Shown one piece after another: positions 26,181 to 40,430 of a stretch of 64,000 nucleotides of DNA (position 1 is its first letter; every line of letters starts with the position of its first letter). This DNA comes from Raillietiella orientalis. Taxonomy: Eukaryota. Location: positions 744,001-808,000 of the forward strand of contig JAYWIR010000015.1 in NCBI GenBank assembly GCA_036172245.1. Reading direction: 5' to 3'. The notes under the pieces were generated by a model that worked only from the letters and a program-made list of their open reading frames with translations, was not told the origin of the DNA and did no database searches. The position numbers and the translations under genes were made by a program.

Positions 26181-29100
26181 ATAACAAAGCTTTTCTAAAC
26201 CGGTAGCAAAAGAACCAAGTAAATATAGGAATTAATTGAATACGAAAGGTAATTAAATGTGCTTCCATCGTAATGCAAAGATCATATACGGAAATTATAG
26301 TTGATCTGAATTCCTGCATTCAGGAAGCGCTTTTTCCCGAAGAAAACGCATCAACTGTGGAGAGGACGACTCGAAGTGTAGTCGAGAGACCTTGATAATG
26401 AGGAAAACAAGAGAAGTTCCGTGTGAACGAAACAGACCCAAACCACTTTACTGATGAATAAAATGTCCTTGGATGACATGTATTGTTTTAAAGTGAAATC
26501 TGGAAGCTTCTTCTTGCCTGCTGAGGTAGCAAAAGGTTCATGAAAACTTGTTCAGCTTTAGAATTACGTAACAACTGTGGTTTAATAGTAAGACTAGGAC
26601 ATGGCACTAGGAAGACAAGATAAGACCTCTGTGCATATCATCGAAAGATCCTTATGAAACAGTTTCTCTCACGAAGCGCGCATTTTCAGGTTTCTCTTCA
26701 TCTATCATTTCAGAGTTCATTTTTCATATTTTCTTCAAATCACTGAGAACTTATTTGAGAAGACTTAGATGGCTGCTTTGTTTATTCGAAAAGCTAAATC
26801 CAGGAAACAATTATTCCCTAGAGATTCAGAAACAATAGCAATAGATAGTAAACTTTCTTAAGCTCATAGAAACTGTGGTCGCACGAATGTTTTCCGAACT
26901 CTTAATAACTTGGGGTCAAACCAGAGGTGCTGATGCTTCAGAGAGCCTTTGGAAGGGCTGGAGACACTCTACATATCACCCACCTTTCACAAGTCCCAAA
27001 GCGGTTATCAAAAGTGGCATTCAATGTTATTTACATCAGTTCATCTTGAAGCATATGTGTCAAAGAAATGCCCGAGCATCCAAATTTCAAACTCAATGAT
27101 ACAGAATTCTAAAATGAGTAATGCTTAAGTTGGAGTGGCAAAGCGAGATCTTTGATGCCCTTTGTCGATGTGAAGGTGCATCCCCTCACTTTACACTCAA
27201 AGGTTTTGAGCATGCGGATGAAGAAATTTGGGAAAACAAAAACTGTCACTTCCTCCATTCCTCTGCTGTAAGAATGAGGCAGCAGAATTGGAAGTTCGGC
27301 ATCTCGGAAGAATGTTTTCTCGGAAACTTGCAAGACGATTCCGATTAAAGAAGCTCCTAAAGGTCCTTTCAAGGGTGCAAAGCGTCACGAAACTTGAAAA
27401 AAAAAAAAAAAAAAAAACCAAAATTAAGGAGATGGAAACGACTCTCGGGCCGAAGGTCAGAGAGCGAAATTTCAGTAATCATTTGTACTGAGTGTCTCGT
27501 GTTGAACTTCTGAAGGCACTGCGATTTCATGAGCCGAGAGCGGAAGAGCATTTCAAACACTCGAAATCATCACAAGGCCTAAAAGGCAGTCGATCTCCAC
27601 CAGTGATACAAGTGGAAACCTGTTGCCAGGGAAAAAGTTCCGACTTGAATGTCTCCATCGTGTCTATCTAAAATAACCAAAGGTGCATTCAAAGGCAAGT
27701 TAAAAAAAAGAAAAAGTGCTCTTATATCACATTCAAAGGGGCTACATGGTGTCCTCTAGTCAGAGTAGAGTGTTGCTCTCCGACTCATTTCATAACATGT
27801 TTAATGTGTCTCAGAGACATTTCATCCTATGGGAATTAGTCCAAGGTATATCCACTTCATGTCATCATACGTAGCATGCCTACTACCAAATAAGTGGAAA
27901 CCTTCTGTCTGCCTGAACCCTTTCTCAAGATGTCTTTGGGTCATCCTGTGCAGAGAAGAGTTCAACATCGAGTGGCGTGAGCTTACTGTTGTCTTCCGTG
28001 TATTCTCCATGTATGGAAATTCTTGGAAGCAAGCTGAGATGAAAATTAGGCACATGGAAACTCTATCCGTTATTTTGTCAGCTTCAGATTTGAAGCTTGA
28101 GGTTGTCACAAGAAACTTTCTGTTTTGAAAGATGAATTTTCAGAGTATCACTGCAACTGAAGCGCAGAAAACTCCACAAGAAAGCGCTTGTTTTTTGCGT
28201 CATACTTCAGAGGTTTTATTAAGATCGCCATTTTACGTTTCTTTGCCCACACGAGATCGGTACAAAGACCGCACCAGAGTGGAGCTTCCTAGATCATGAG
28301 GGTATTCTTAGGCGATCTGAGTCATATTTTGGAGGATAATAAAGGAGCTGCTGGACGTGCAATGCGAAAATTAGACAGCAAAAATAGGCAATGGGAAGTG
28401 AGGGAATAAATTAAAAACGGGCAGCGGTTAAATTGAAATGTTGACAAAAGAGTTTTCTCAGCAACAACTGGGATAAGGGATTTCTCGGTGACTGAGGAAC
28501 CGCTGAGATATATCACAACTACGTCTGGGAAGCATAACGTTTAGTTCTTTAGTGGCTGCCATGGACAACGAACGAACCGTCGCATGAAGGAAAGCTGTTT
28601 TGTTTTATAATGGCTTAATGCTTTAAGGAAAAATCTACAAGGAATTAGAAAGACGGTAAAGGGCGCCCGAAACGATGCTTTCTGGACACTGAAGGAGTGG
28701 CGCTGAGGTAATAGTACTAGCAAATACTCGCATCTTTATAGGTTGCAGGTAAATTGGGAAAGAGTGCGATATAATCACAAAGAAAGGTTGCTCGAGCGGT
28801 GGTAGTGCAGCTTCTACAAAGTGTTCGAGTTAATATGAAAGTGAGCATCCTTGATGTTGGATCAGGTATCTGTGAAAGGAGTATGGCATGTCCTGCGGGT
28901 AGTCCTGTAGGAGCCGAGCTCGCATGAAGCAATCCGAACTGGTACCCATCTTTCAGCCACGTGGGAAACATGGAAATCGGGATGGTATTCTCGATGATTA
29001 ATGCTGAGGTGACGGCTGTATCGTCGATAGGATGGAGCCATCATATGTCTCGTCGTCGCATACAAAAAATTTAGGTGGAGTCGAATCTTGAGAAGGACTG

Positions 29101-29874
29101 AGTCTATCGAAAGCCTGGTCTTGAACTCGGGTTTTCCTAATCGGTGATGATAATTGATACCATCACTCACAGTTTTACCCGTCGTCTCGCTTATCAGATG
29201 AGGTGGGTCCTTGACGGATTTCCGCCGCGATGTTACAGACCGTAGCTGGAAATGGAGACACGTAGATGAGTCCGCTTCCGGAAACGCTTCACGCTCGACG
29301 ATCAACTTTTCCACGCTTCCAATCTTCGTTTTTTCCTTCCGGGTAACTGAGATACCCACAGCAGTTATCCCGAGGTTGCATAGATACCAATAACGTTTTC
29401 GCAATGAGGATAAGCCTGATTAGTCAAACCAGTACCGAAAAGCAAAAAATTCTCACCGTTGATAGCTTGGAAGCGGTCTCTACGGGGGGAGAACTCTACG
29501 TTTACAAATATAAGACACCTCACCCTAGAGGAAGCAAAGTGATCCGCTCAATTGTGATCCGTCAATCTGTGAGCAAATTCAAACTCACTAAGGCTCGAAC
29601 GCAGTGCTCACTTTCTCCACGAGGCTCACCACTGATCCTTTAATGCCACTCCGAGCTTCACTGCAAGCAGAAATAATATTCTTCGTCATTCCTTGTGATT
29701 GCAGTTAACACAGTTCCTAATTCGATGCGTGGACATTAAACATCATTTTCTTCATTGTAACCAACCAACTTGCTCAGCCCCGGGTTCGCAAACAAAATAT
29801 GTACATGTGCTAAATGGAAAACTGGGAAGAAGAACGCCGGAGTCTTAAAATCATTTAAGAGCTGTGGTCCATGA

Positions 29875-30250
29875 GCTCGTGCTGGCGGCTGTGGCTACAG
29901 CGCCAGCGTTCGGCACCAAAGCTTCGTGGGTTCGAATACCCCTAATGGATCGACGCCGCGTTGGATGTACCGTGGGTTTCGAGTCTCATCGTGCTGACAT
30001 TAGGGTGGTCCCAGACTTTGGGTGCGCACCGGTGGGCCGCTTCTGGCATCCGGGGACGGATGCTGAGTTAACTAGCCCGGAATTGGGAGTATAACCTACT
30101 CGTTTCTCGCTCACACTTCTGGTGCGTGACAATGAAAGCTCCTTGTAACGCTCCTTGTGGTGGCGTTGTCGAGCCCCATAGGGGAGCTGGTCCCTATGGG
30201 GTGAAGTAGTGGTTCTTGAGTACTTAAATCAAAAAAAAAAAGAAAAAGAA
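29875..30250 (+). mobile_element. tRNA-derived SINE, short form
   Basis: Head GCTCGTGCTGGCGGCTGTGG...GGCACCAAAGC..GTGGGTTCGAATAC; homologous to 6641-7002; tail GGTTCTTGAGTACTT followed by poly(A). Confidence 0.85.
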
Positions 30251-31904
30251 AACCGAAAAAAATTGGCGGGACTTGGAAAGCAGCAAAAAATGAATTAGCA
30301 TCCTTAGACCAATAGTAACGATCTTGAAAGATTGCTACTGGACTTTAAAAAAAAAATCACGAAATCACGGTGCACATCAGCGTACTTCTTTAGAAGGAAT
30401 AATGGCTCCTGTTCACATGGTCAATCTCTGGTTTTCGGGAGTTCCGATGCTTCCGGACGGTAGATCAATTGGTGCATTCATAATACTCATGCTGGCTCAT
30501 TTCACAATGAAGCTTGCGGCTGCTCGTTTTTGTGTGAATCTCCCCGAATTCACACGGCTGTAAAATTCCTTAATAAAAACACGCAACACCCGAAAGAATA
30601 ATGAACGCGATTGTGGACGAGGGTCGCTGAGGATCTCTTATGCTGGAGGCGTTTTTTTTTTTTTTTTTTCTGAAGGCTGACCGAGGATGCATAGGAGCAT
30701 TCGAGATCCTCTGAGAAGATCGGACTTCCAGTTCCAAACAGGTATTGGCCATCGAAGGCCATTCTGCGATTCTGATTGTGGAGTATGAAGGACTGCCTGT
30801 GGGTTTTCGTTGGGAACAGCAGCCAACGTAATGAGAGGAAAAAGATGGAAATGATGACACATACAATCGACATGTTCGACAACTTTTGACAGGAAGTCTA
30901 TGGTAACACTAATGATTTGCGCCACCAGTTGTTTTAGCCAGCTATGTAGTCGGTCGCAAGTAAACGACTGGTATTTGCAGTCACGCAAGATGAGGACTCG
31001 GGAAATTCTACCAGCTGCATTGCTTAATCTCCCAGTTCCATGGACTGAAGAATGTTCGATTTTCGTTTCATGGAACACGTCATGAACAGCTACGGCAGTG
31101 GTCAAAAGAAAATTGCAAAAGCAATTATGCGATATAAAGAATGACAGCTAATCAAAGGTTCCCAAAGACCTTGGTCATCCTGTATGCATGAGTGCATATC
31201 GAACGGCAGCAGAATGTTTGCTCCAGAGTCGGAAGGTTGCACTATGAGGCAGCTGTGATTTTTAGAGTGCAATCCGATCATTCGATCGCAGCAAAGGAGG
31301 CACGAAACTCATGATGAGAAATCCTGTACTTCAACCGAACACTCCAATAAGGAAGAAGACGATACTTCCTTGTAGCCAAATTGCACTTTCACTCTCTAAG
31401 AATCCGTGCTTGGGGCTGTTTTGCATTCTCTGGCCTCGTGGCCCCATCCTTTACAGCTAAGAATCGCCTAAAGAAGCAAAGCACCACCTACTGATTCGTG
31501 CAGTACGGTCACTTTGAATCGGAATCGGTGTTCCAAATGTGCTCTGGAATCCACTCATTACAAAGTTCACCGGAGTCAACTTTTGCCTGAAGTCCCAACT
31601 GAAATGAAGAACCAATTGAAAATGCGCTTTCTTTGCTAGCCCTGCAAAGCATTTTATGGACAGTTATAAACCTCGCGTTTCCTCGATGTTCCCAAATCCT
31701 AATATCCCCAGTTTCAGTCTCTTAAGTCCCCTCATTTCTAAGATTTCGATTTGTTGGATTCCCCGTCGATTGCAATCCATCGTACATTCAATGCCCTATT
31801 CTCAGGTAATGATCAGGTCAGGTCAGCAACGACTCGGAGGGTCCCCCCGCAACAGGGGGGTCTGCTCCTTTGAACAACTGGAGAAATGCCTGTGAAGGCT
31901 CCTG

Positions 31905-32010
31905 CTCCATCTTGAAACCGGAGGGGTCCCCCCGGTGTGGGGGGTCCGCTCTCCGTTTTACGACCGGAGGGGGAAGTCCCCACTCCTTGATTCCTGGGAG
32001 GATCCTCAGG
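31905..32010 (-). mobile_element. internal fragment of the long SINE
   Basis: TTTTACGACCGGAGGGG...CTCCTTGATTCCTGG matches 50311-50361, 46135-46180 and 57508-57558. Confidence 0.6.
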
Positions 32011-33149
32011 TATAAGAATGCTTTTGTTGTCCACTGTGATAGATTTTTTGTTTCATTTTTTTCCTTTTTTTTGATGGGAAATTCGACCGTAGGACTTTTT
32101 TTTCTTGCCTAGAGGTGCTTTGGGAGCAAGATTTCGAGAAACAGAAATGCTGCTAGCGTCATGAGCTCACCACACCGTAAGACCTCTTACTCTTGTAGAA
32201 TAAGTGCAATGAGGACAAAAATTCTTGCGTCCAGAAAGGATTCTCGAAACTGAATGCCGATCTCCAGAGTTCTTCAATTAGTAAGTAGTCCTCAGCTAAA
32301 TGAAAATTTTTTGGTCTCTAGCGGCAGTTTTCTCCTTTTACTACTTCTGTGTAGGTTCTCTAGTAATTTGAGCATCATTTCGAGTGAGCATAGGATGGGT
32401 TGGTCTTTTTGATTCTGAAAACATGTGTTCTTCAGATGAGTGGTCACATATGATGATACTAGACTGAAATAAACGACTCTAATTTTGTGATTGCAGGCGA
32501 AGAAGTACCAAAGCTCAGAAAATATTAAAAAAACATACCATCACCAATTTTAGTATTGAGCAATTTTGACAATCATCTCCCTGTATTGTAATTTGTGAAA
32601 AACAGACGTCATTTTTCTTTTTATCCAGTAAGACCACATTTAATCGCTTTAGAATCTTCGCTCTAATGAAGTGTTTAGGGAAAAGTTGCAGTAGAGGGAT
32701 TTTTTCAGAATAAGGTCAAGTCAGTCCAGTAATTTTGTTCGTAAGACGATGGGCCGCAATCTTCAAGATATCTCTGCCTGTTGCTGTGGATTCACTGCAG
32801 TTACATTTTTAGCTTTTTAAATCCATCAGGTTCGGTTGGATTCTTGTTCATTAGAGTTTTCCTTGTGTGCGACAGGTCTTGCAGCCGAGGCCTGTAGCTA
32901 CCAATAGGTCCAATCCATCGGAGATATTCAGAATCATTTCACTTGTACACCGAATTCACTTGCATAGGAATCGAGGCTTCTTCTTACGTCAAATACAGTT
33001 GCTATTTTCAAAAAGTGCTTCAGAGGTGCCTCATGATTTTGATGGGAACTGCGAAGCACTCTTCCTGACGTCAGCTCAAGCATCTAATTAGGAAAGCTAA
33101 AGAGCTCGAGTTCGGCTTGAAGGAGTTTCACTAGAAGTACCGTAACGAA

Positions 33150-33860
33150 GAAACTTCTCGGTTTCCGGTCGGCATCTGAAATTTCCAGCCCCCAACTCGA
33201 GGTGCCCATCCAAAAGTACTTCGCTAGGCGGAGCTCCTTGGAATTCCCTTGGAAGACTTGGAGATCCTCGCAGTATGACGAACACATCCATACTTCCTGT
33301 AAAGTAGGAGGACTTGGAATTCTTGCTGTTGTACTGGGGTGTTCCGGACCAGTCGGCACCACGGAACACGAGGCAGCGTGACCTCGAAACTGCCCCAGGT
33401 ACGGCGAAGTGGGATCCCCCACCTGCTTGTGGATTGCCTTAGCCTCCGGGTGTTCGGTCCTCCAACTTCCGATTGGAAGCATTAAAGAGCCCTTTCGTGC
33501 TTAGTGCAATGCCTTGGCGATCTGAGCATTCTTTTGCCTTCGTGGAATAGCTGTTTGAGTAAGGACATGTTGGTAAAAGACGAGAGAAGAACAGGGTCGT
33601 CATTCCAATTGTGATGTGTTAAAGAGCAGACGAGATGGCTCAATCGAAGACTCCAATTGGAGACGTACAAAGAACTGGTCCGCTTCAGAAGATGCAGAGG
33701 ACACAAGGGAACCAACTGTGATGGCTACTCCTACGCTCCTCTCACCCACTCCCAAGACATTACATAAGCGCCCATTTTTCAATTTGTCTATTTTCTTTTT
33801 CCTTTGCACCTTCTCAAAGCAGACTTTTCTGCCAGCAGGCTGGCCGTACAGCATCTTCCT
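33150..33860 (+). mobile_element. L1/Tx1-like LINE ORF2 3' fragment
   Basis: Frameshifted LGIPLEDL / MTNTSILPVK*EDLEFLLLYWGVP / NCPRYGEVG / HLLVDC parallels LGIPEEDL / MNSRTLPLKWQESALMLLHWGLP / NCARCGE / HLQMEC at 57681-57900. Confidence 0.75.
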
Positions 33861-33869
33861 CCAGTGGTC

Positions 33870-34040
33870 TCTCACCCGGGTGCGCCGGGGCGTTTATTTC
33901 TAAACTATCCAGGAACAGAGTTTCCGGACAAAGGACACAGAAGAAATTAAGGGGGGAGGATCCCCGACACGCAGGTCGGTAAACCGAAAGTCCGGAACGG
34001 GAGGGAGGGGACCACAAATACACATATAAAAAAAAAGTGG
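33870..34040 (-). mobile_element. short LINE 3'-terminal insertion with 10-bp target-site duplication
   Basis: Minus strand ends AAATAAACGCCCCGGCGCACCCGGGTG (compare AAATAAGCGCCCCGGTGTAACCGGGTG at 58417-58443). It is flanked by the direct repeat TCCAGTGGTC at 33860-33869 and 34041-34050. Confidence 0.7.
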
Positions 34041-37000
34041 TCCAGTGGTCCGATCAAGTCCTCCAGTGGTTAGGACTTGATTGGACCTGGGATCCTACTA
34101 CACTTGTATGTCCACTGATTCCAATAAAAGCCCTAGAAAAACCTAATCTAAGCCAGAAGTTCAAGAAATAAAGCCTGCATTTCCAATGCAAAACAAACAA
34201 ACAAAAAAAGCTGTTCCTGAAAGAGTAACATTTGTTGTATGACGTTGATCACTTAATGTAGTAATTAAATGAGGCAGGGCAACACTTGAAGCGGAGCACA
34301 GGGTAGCAGAAATGCGTCAGTCTTCGCTCCTATTGCTTCTGTAAAGACATTAGAACGTCCTACAGGGCTCAAACGTGAGCTGCATCCGATATCATCAGTA
34401 AGTTAGCGGCCGTGTCTTTGAATTTATTGGTCTCGTAAATAGAATACAAACTGGAAAATCCCAAGATTTCTTGCTTACCTCTGGAACCATCTTCAGGGAA
34501 ATCCAAATGCATGTGGCTTCCGTAATGCATTTAAAGTGTGCTGAAAAAGTTCGAGAAAGTGCAATTAGTCGACTGATCAACTCGTATAGAATTTCACTTA
34601 AGGAACAAAAGGAAAAAAAATGCTCTGTGTCCAGCAATTCATCCATTTTAATTATTCCCTCAGAATTTTCTATTACTCTAAGGAACGTGAACAGAAAAAA
34701 GATTAAAAATGTAGGTTCTGATGAGGCAAGGAAGTCAAAATAGAGATTCAACGAGGATCGAAAAGAAATACTTTGTAGGAGAAAACCCTCTCTTCCGGAA
34801 GAATATTTCCAAAAACGAACACTAGTTCAATGAACTGGATTCTCAAACCGGTAGAAAGGTCATCTCAAAAATCTCCACCCCATGAATACACAAACTCTTG
34901 AACCACACGAATACTTCTTGGTGCATAGAAGAATATAAGACTTCCTTCAGAAAGAAGTCAGGATAAACATTTTGTTAGAAGTGTGTATACATATGTATAT
35001 ATATAAGAATTATAGGAATATAATATAGGAGTAATATCTGACAATACAAGAATAAGAATATAAGGCATATAAGATAACTTAAGAAGAAGAAGAAGAAAAA
35101 AAAAACAGCCTACAACGATTGAATAACAATAGTTAATTACTGATTATAATGTGATTATTGCTGTACTTTTATTCAAGCACTTCATGAACTCCATCGGTTT
35201 TTCCTTCTAATGTTCATCTGATCTTAACATCAAGTGCTCAGCAAATATTCATAGATATGAAGCATCTCCGTGCTTTTCAAAACTGTTAGTCTGATTAAAT
35301 CCTCATAAGATGTGAATACATACTAATTTATTCGCTGCTTGTGTTTTGTCTGATCCTCTTCAAAGACACCTGCACCATAGACAAGGTGGTATAAGTACGC
35401 GGTTACGCGTACAAGGTCAGGTCAAGTATCGGTAAGCAATGTTTACTACTTCTGATCAGTGAGGATCTCAGGAAAAAAGGTACTTATAACATGAGAGAGT
35501 CACTAAAGAAAAATTGATAATCAGGAAGTGCCCATAAGGGGTACCTGGCTATAGGGGAAGGGGGAACCCTCAAAGCTCTTCAAATGCTGCCCTCAAATTC
35601 CCGTCTGGAGATTGTTTTCAAGGAAAATTTCATTTCGTGCATAACTGGAAAACCACATTTGCAGCAAAGAGGAAAAGCTACGCTTCTAGGGAGAAAAAAC
35701 GCGATGCTCTGCGATATCGAGTCTCAGGACTTGATAAAGATGAGAGACAAGAAAAAATTACTACAGTAAGAGCAGAGAAATTCCTAAATTTAGATTGGCT
35801 TCCTCGCCAAGCATGACCTGCTGAAAAAAAAAAAAATAACATGCAAAGTGGCCGGCCATGCTCCCGGATTTCGGCACCCCCTTCCCACCGTCTCCGCAAA
35901 CGGCTAACGCGTGTTATAGAATGACTGGTGTACGCTTCCCTTGTTCCGGTTCCCTTATTCATAGTATTTGTCTTCCTGAATCCAGAAAATCGACTGCCCG
36001 TTCCACCTATCCATTGGCCTCCTACCCGAATCGAAACGTTTGCCACTTCCCTCCCTCACGGGTTGCATGAATTTGCTCCCTACTTGCTGAAACACTCTCC
36101 TCGCTCCCTGCTAGAACACCGCTGCTCTTCTGCATGGGGAACTGTCCGTCGCGTCTTCGGCTTTGTTCAAGGGGGTGTTCCTGGCTCGAGGAAATCTCCC
36201 ACGGAAAGGTCATTTCCGCGAACGCTGCTACGGCCAGAGCACATGTCTTCGAAAACTGCCCTCTTCGGCTTGTCCACTTCGCACGTGGCTGGTGCTGCTC
36301 CCGGCGATTTGTGCGATCCCGGCGGGAGCGTTGTCCCGGTCTGGAAGCAGCTCGCATTACAGCAAATTTTCCTTGAATCGGCGTTCGCGAGTGGAACAGG
36401 TTGTTCCTGACCTTTGGTGGAGTTGCCGGTGACCTTCCCAGTTCCTTAGCGCGTCTCCTGCGTGCCCGCAGCGGAATTCGTCGGCATTGCACATACATTT
36501 TGCAGACCTCGCACAATCAGGCGTGTTTACAACATCAAGTGTTTATTTTTCTCGTGTTTACTACTTTTGACACCCAGCAACATGTGGCAATGCTGAAGTG
36601 CATGCTGGGTTTCTCTCTACTGCCAAGGGCTTCTATCGATCGATAACTATTTCGGACACGCCTCAGGAAGAGAGTTTGCTTGGACTGGAAATCGTTCCTT
36701 AGATAGCGCGTCGCTGAATAGATAAAAGTGGAAAGTTTGAATACGTGTCTGATTCACGTCACTCGTTTCTCTTTTACGAGGAAGACTACATAAGGTCAGT
36801 ACCAGACAGGAGCCATTTAAGAAAATCATTGCTACATCAAAACCGTTGCTTGCATCCTTCAGAACTACCTGTAGATCTTCCTGGTGGTTCTCCTGGAGAA
36901 AATTCAGTGCTATCAGCTGCCTTCTGTGAACTGGAAAGAGTGAAGGGACAATCCTCTACTAGAAAATTCAAGGAAATGCCGTTTGGGAATAACATTCTAG

Positions 37001-40000
37001 GAGTGGAGAAGGATTTGGATGGTAGTAGCAGACGCGATAGCAATTTCTCGGTGTAAGCAACTGTTTTCTTAAGGAGGATGGAATTGCATAGGTCTTTGTA
37101 ACCCATGCCCTGAGAAGACTGCTTGAGATGCGTGCTCAACATCGGTGAATTTTGTCGACTCCGGATTTTTGCCTGTCAAGTAAAACCACACAGACGTTCC
37201 CCAGAGTGCTTCTGCAGAGCCGAATCTTTTGCCACTCCTCCATGGAAACCAAATATGGATCTATCTAGATGATGTAATGGGAGACGGTAAACACTCTTCC
37301 TTCTACTAGGCAGATTGCCGTGCCTTGAAACATAGTCATCCGTTCCAACAGACCAGGCACTTCAGATCTGGGTTCCGGAAAGTCCTTCAGGATATCAGCA
37401 AACGACACGGAGACTCGGAACTTCCTAGCATAAAAATCTGATTGGCCACTCAGTTGGCACCGCAGTCCATCTTCGAGGGTGACGCTATCTTCTTTCACTT
37501 GGAGCAGCAGTCACGCTTTGTGATTCACTCTTAATGGAAAGATTTCGCTGATTCTTTTCCGGTGTAGCTTACGGATGAACAAAAGGAGCTGAAGACGTGA
37601 AAGGTAGAATCAACGGAAACACGAAGCCAATCCATAAGGCGGACGCATACTTGGAATTCCGTACGCTTTAAAGATGGAAAACAGAGAAAGTGGTGCCCTC
37701 TGTTCAAGAGCAAAATCAAGAAGAGCCATAAAATCTTAACGGAGCTGGAATGGGTTCCCCGTGTGAAGAAGTTTTTTTCTTAGAATCGGTTGGTGATACA
37801 ATCTATCTCGAATTCCAGATTCGCGATCCTGAGTTTTGGTTCCGCACAAGAACTGGAAGCACAAGCATCAGAGAGCAGTGTTGACATTTTTTAACCGATA
37901 TCTTCAGAACGAAATGGACTTCTGGAGCTTAACCGAGAGCAGCGCAGTGGCTTTCCGATAAGCCCGGGAAGGGAAAGAAAGAATTGCTGAGAGGCTGCCC
38001 TTTAATTATCTTCCAAGGGATTGCAGGCCTCGGTAAGAACATTGACAGTGTCTCTTTAGAATCGGGGAATCCTAAGAACGAGGAAACAGTCGGAACCCCG
38101 CGGACCGAGTCAGGGAGATAATTTTATGTAATTTTGGTGCGTATAATAAATGCTTGAGGGACTTTCCCCATTTTCCCCAATCTCTCACTGTTGTCAACCT
38201 ACCGGAGGAGCGCTGACAGCTCAACCTGGAAGGTGACTCGAGATGCGCCCCCAGTAAATGTTTTGGGCTATGGATATTGGCGCATACCATCCTCTTCATG
38301 CCTTTTTGCTTTCCCTCTCTTCAAGTTCTATGATTAGTGTTTTAACGAAGCTAGTATTTCTGTTTCGACAAAGAAGAAAAGGAAACTCCTGTATTGGCCA
38401 CTTTTCTTTGCCGCGCTTTTCTAAAATGGGCACATGAAGCCGAGTAGAGCAGCTGGATTCCGTTTTGGGGCACAAGGTCCGGTGAGAGAGTCTCGGGACG
38501 CCTGCCAGGATTGATTGGTTCGAAGCCACCAGCTCCCGTTTTCCTGACGTTGCTTCTTTGGATGGAATTGACGAGATGGTCATGTCATTTGGTTGCGAGC
38601 TTAGAATGTCTACTAGCAACGATTGAGGAACGCGAGCCAGGGACTCTCTTCCCATGACGAGCATCTCCACATTCGATCTACACCGTTTCTTGCGGTGGTC
38701 GGAGCATCGCAGGTGGTGATACCCTGTACGCAGCAGGTGGCTGGGCGCTCCCAGCGCTGTCCAGCTCAGGCTTTGCCCTGGTGCGGACGCTTGGACGCTC
38801 CTCCATGGATTGCCATGCTTCCTCGCACCGAATTGTGGGTGCTCCAGAGAGGATCATGTGCTTATCAAAGGTGAATCCTACTAGTGTTGTTTTGAAGAGA
38901 TGAAGCCAACGACGTGTTGCCACCTGGGAAAACACAAAGGGGAACAGATCTGCATCCTTCGGGCGGTGCAGGACGCGCCTGGGAACTAACTCTGATCCTC
39001 TTCTGAGCATCAGATATGAAACAGTTATACGTCTATTTATTCTTTCTTTTTTGGGTTCACCAATCAAACATTCAGTGCAGCTGCACTTGCCCGGACGGTT
39101 GGAGTCCAAATGACATTAAAACATCAGGAGCAGCAGAGACATCCATTGAAACCATCTCCTAATTCACCAGACCGACCAGAGAGGAAAATTTCTTATTGGA
39201 GGACAGGCTTCACAGCTCGACTTCCTAGATTAAGATGAAACCAGTCATCTGTGTCTCCAGGACACGTATACTCAAGTTTGGTAATCTGCGAATCGCCATG
39301 GAGGAAAGCTCTTATAGCAACAAGATGATTTTCACTTTTTGAAACCACATGATATCCAGATTGAGCAAACGGAAAAGGTCGAAGAAACTGTGGAAAATCC
39401 CTCTCCGGCATGATGTGATCGTACTTGATTACATAGATATTCGGCTCCTCAGACTCACGGGACCCTAAAGACAAAGCAATCAGGCATTTACTGCAAACCG
39501 CAGAGGGGCAGACCACTAGGAAGAAGACTCAAGAGTGATAGGTATTTGCTGACATCTTAGACACAAGGAAGTAAAGGCTGAGAATCCTCGAAGGAATAGA
39601 GGAGAAAAATTCTACTTCAGCACTTTTATGTATCGCATTTCTCCACCTCAGTTTCCCTTTTTGGCATCAAAGGAACTCTAAAGAAAAAGAATTTTTTCGT
39701 GCAAGTGGGAAGGACCTAAAATCGGAGGGTCATTGGATTGAAGAGATGGCTCACGTGCGAGTTGCCTTTCCTGGAAACGGAGAAGACGGCTCTTGCAGAT
39801 CCTGAAGCAGAAGTCGAGCTTGACTTCATGAAGGAAGGACTCTGGAGAGTGGACAGCTGAGCGAATGAAGTTGCCTATCATGAACTCACCGCTTTCGAGA
39901 AGCAATGGTGACTTCGCTCCTCGTTTCAAGTGTCGCAGAACGGATGTCATTGAGAAAATTTCGCATTAGTACCAGCTGGAGGCATCGCAGACCACAAGGA

Positions 40001-40281
40001 AGGGTAAAATAAAACTGATCCAGAAAACAGCTGAGGTTTCCTGCCGAAAAGGTGTTAGCCGAGAATGCTCACTGGAAGGCAAGTGCTTTGCTTAGGAAAC
40101 ATTTCAGGCAGCTGAAAGATGTCAAGCAGTTAGGAGGATGCCTATACCCCGAGAGGAACTTGCCCAAGTCCCAATGAAGGTCGAGGTTAATGAGGTCTCA
40201 TCAAAGCATTAGGGTGTTAATGAGAGATGCACGATCGCGAGATGCATGCTGATCAGCATCAATGCGATCAACATACATCTG

Positions 40282-40430
40282 AAAGAAGGATGAAAACATT
40301 GTGTCCACTGCTCTGCAGCGCGAATGGGACGACAGCAATCACAAAGGAAACGAAGGAAAAACACGGAACGCACTTTGGGAATGTCCGAATTGTCCAGCCG
40401 ATTTTCTGCCTCTCCTCCGCATACTTTGAT
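40282..40430 (+). mobile_element. possible piggyBac-type C-terminal cysteine-rich domain relic
   Basis: With frameshifts: KEG*KHCVHC...RKRRKNT..WECPNC..PIFCL, resembling the R.C..C...RK.T...C..C..PLC pattern. No transposase core or TIRs are seen. Confidence 0.3.
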
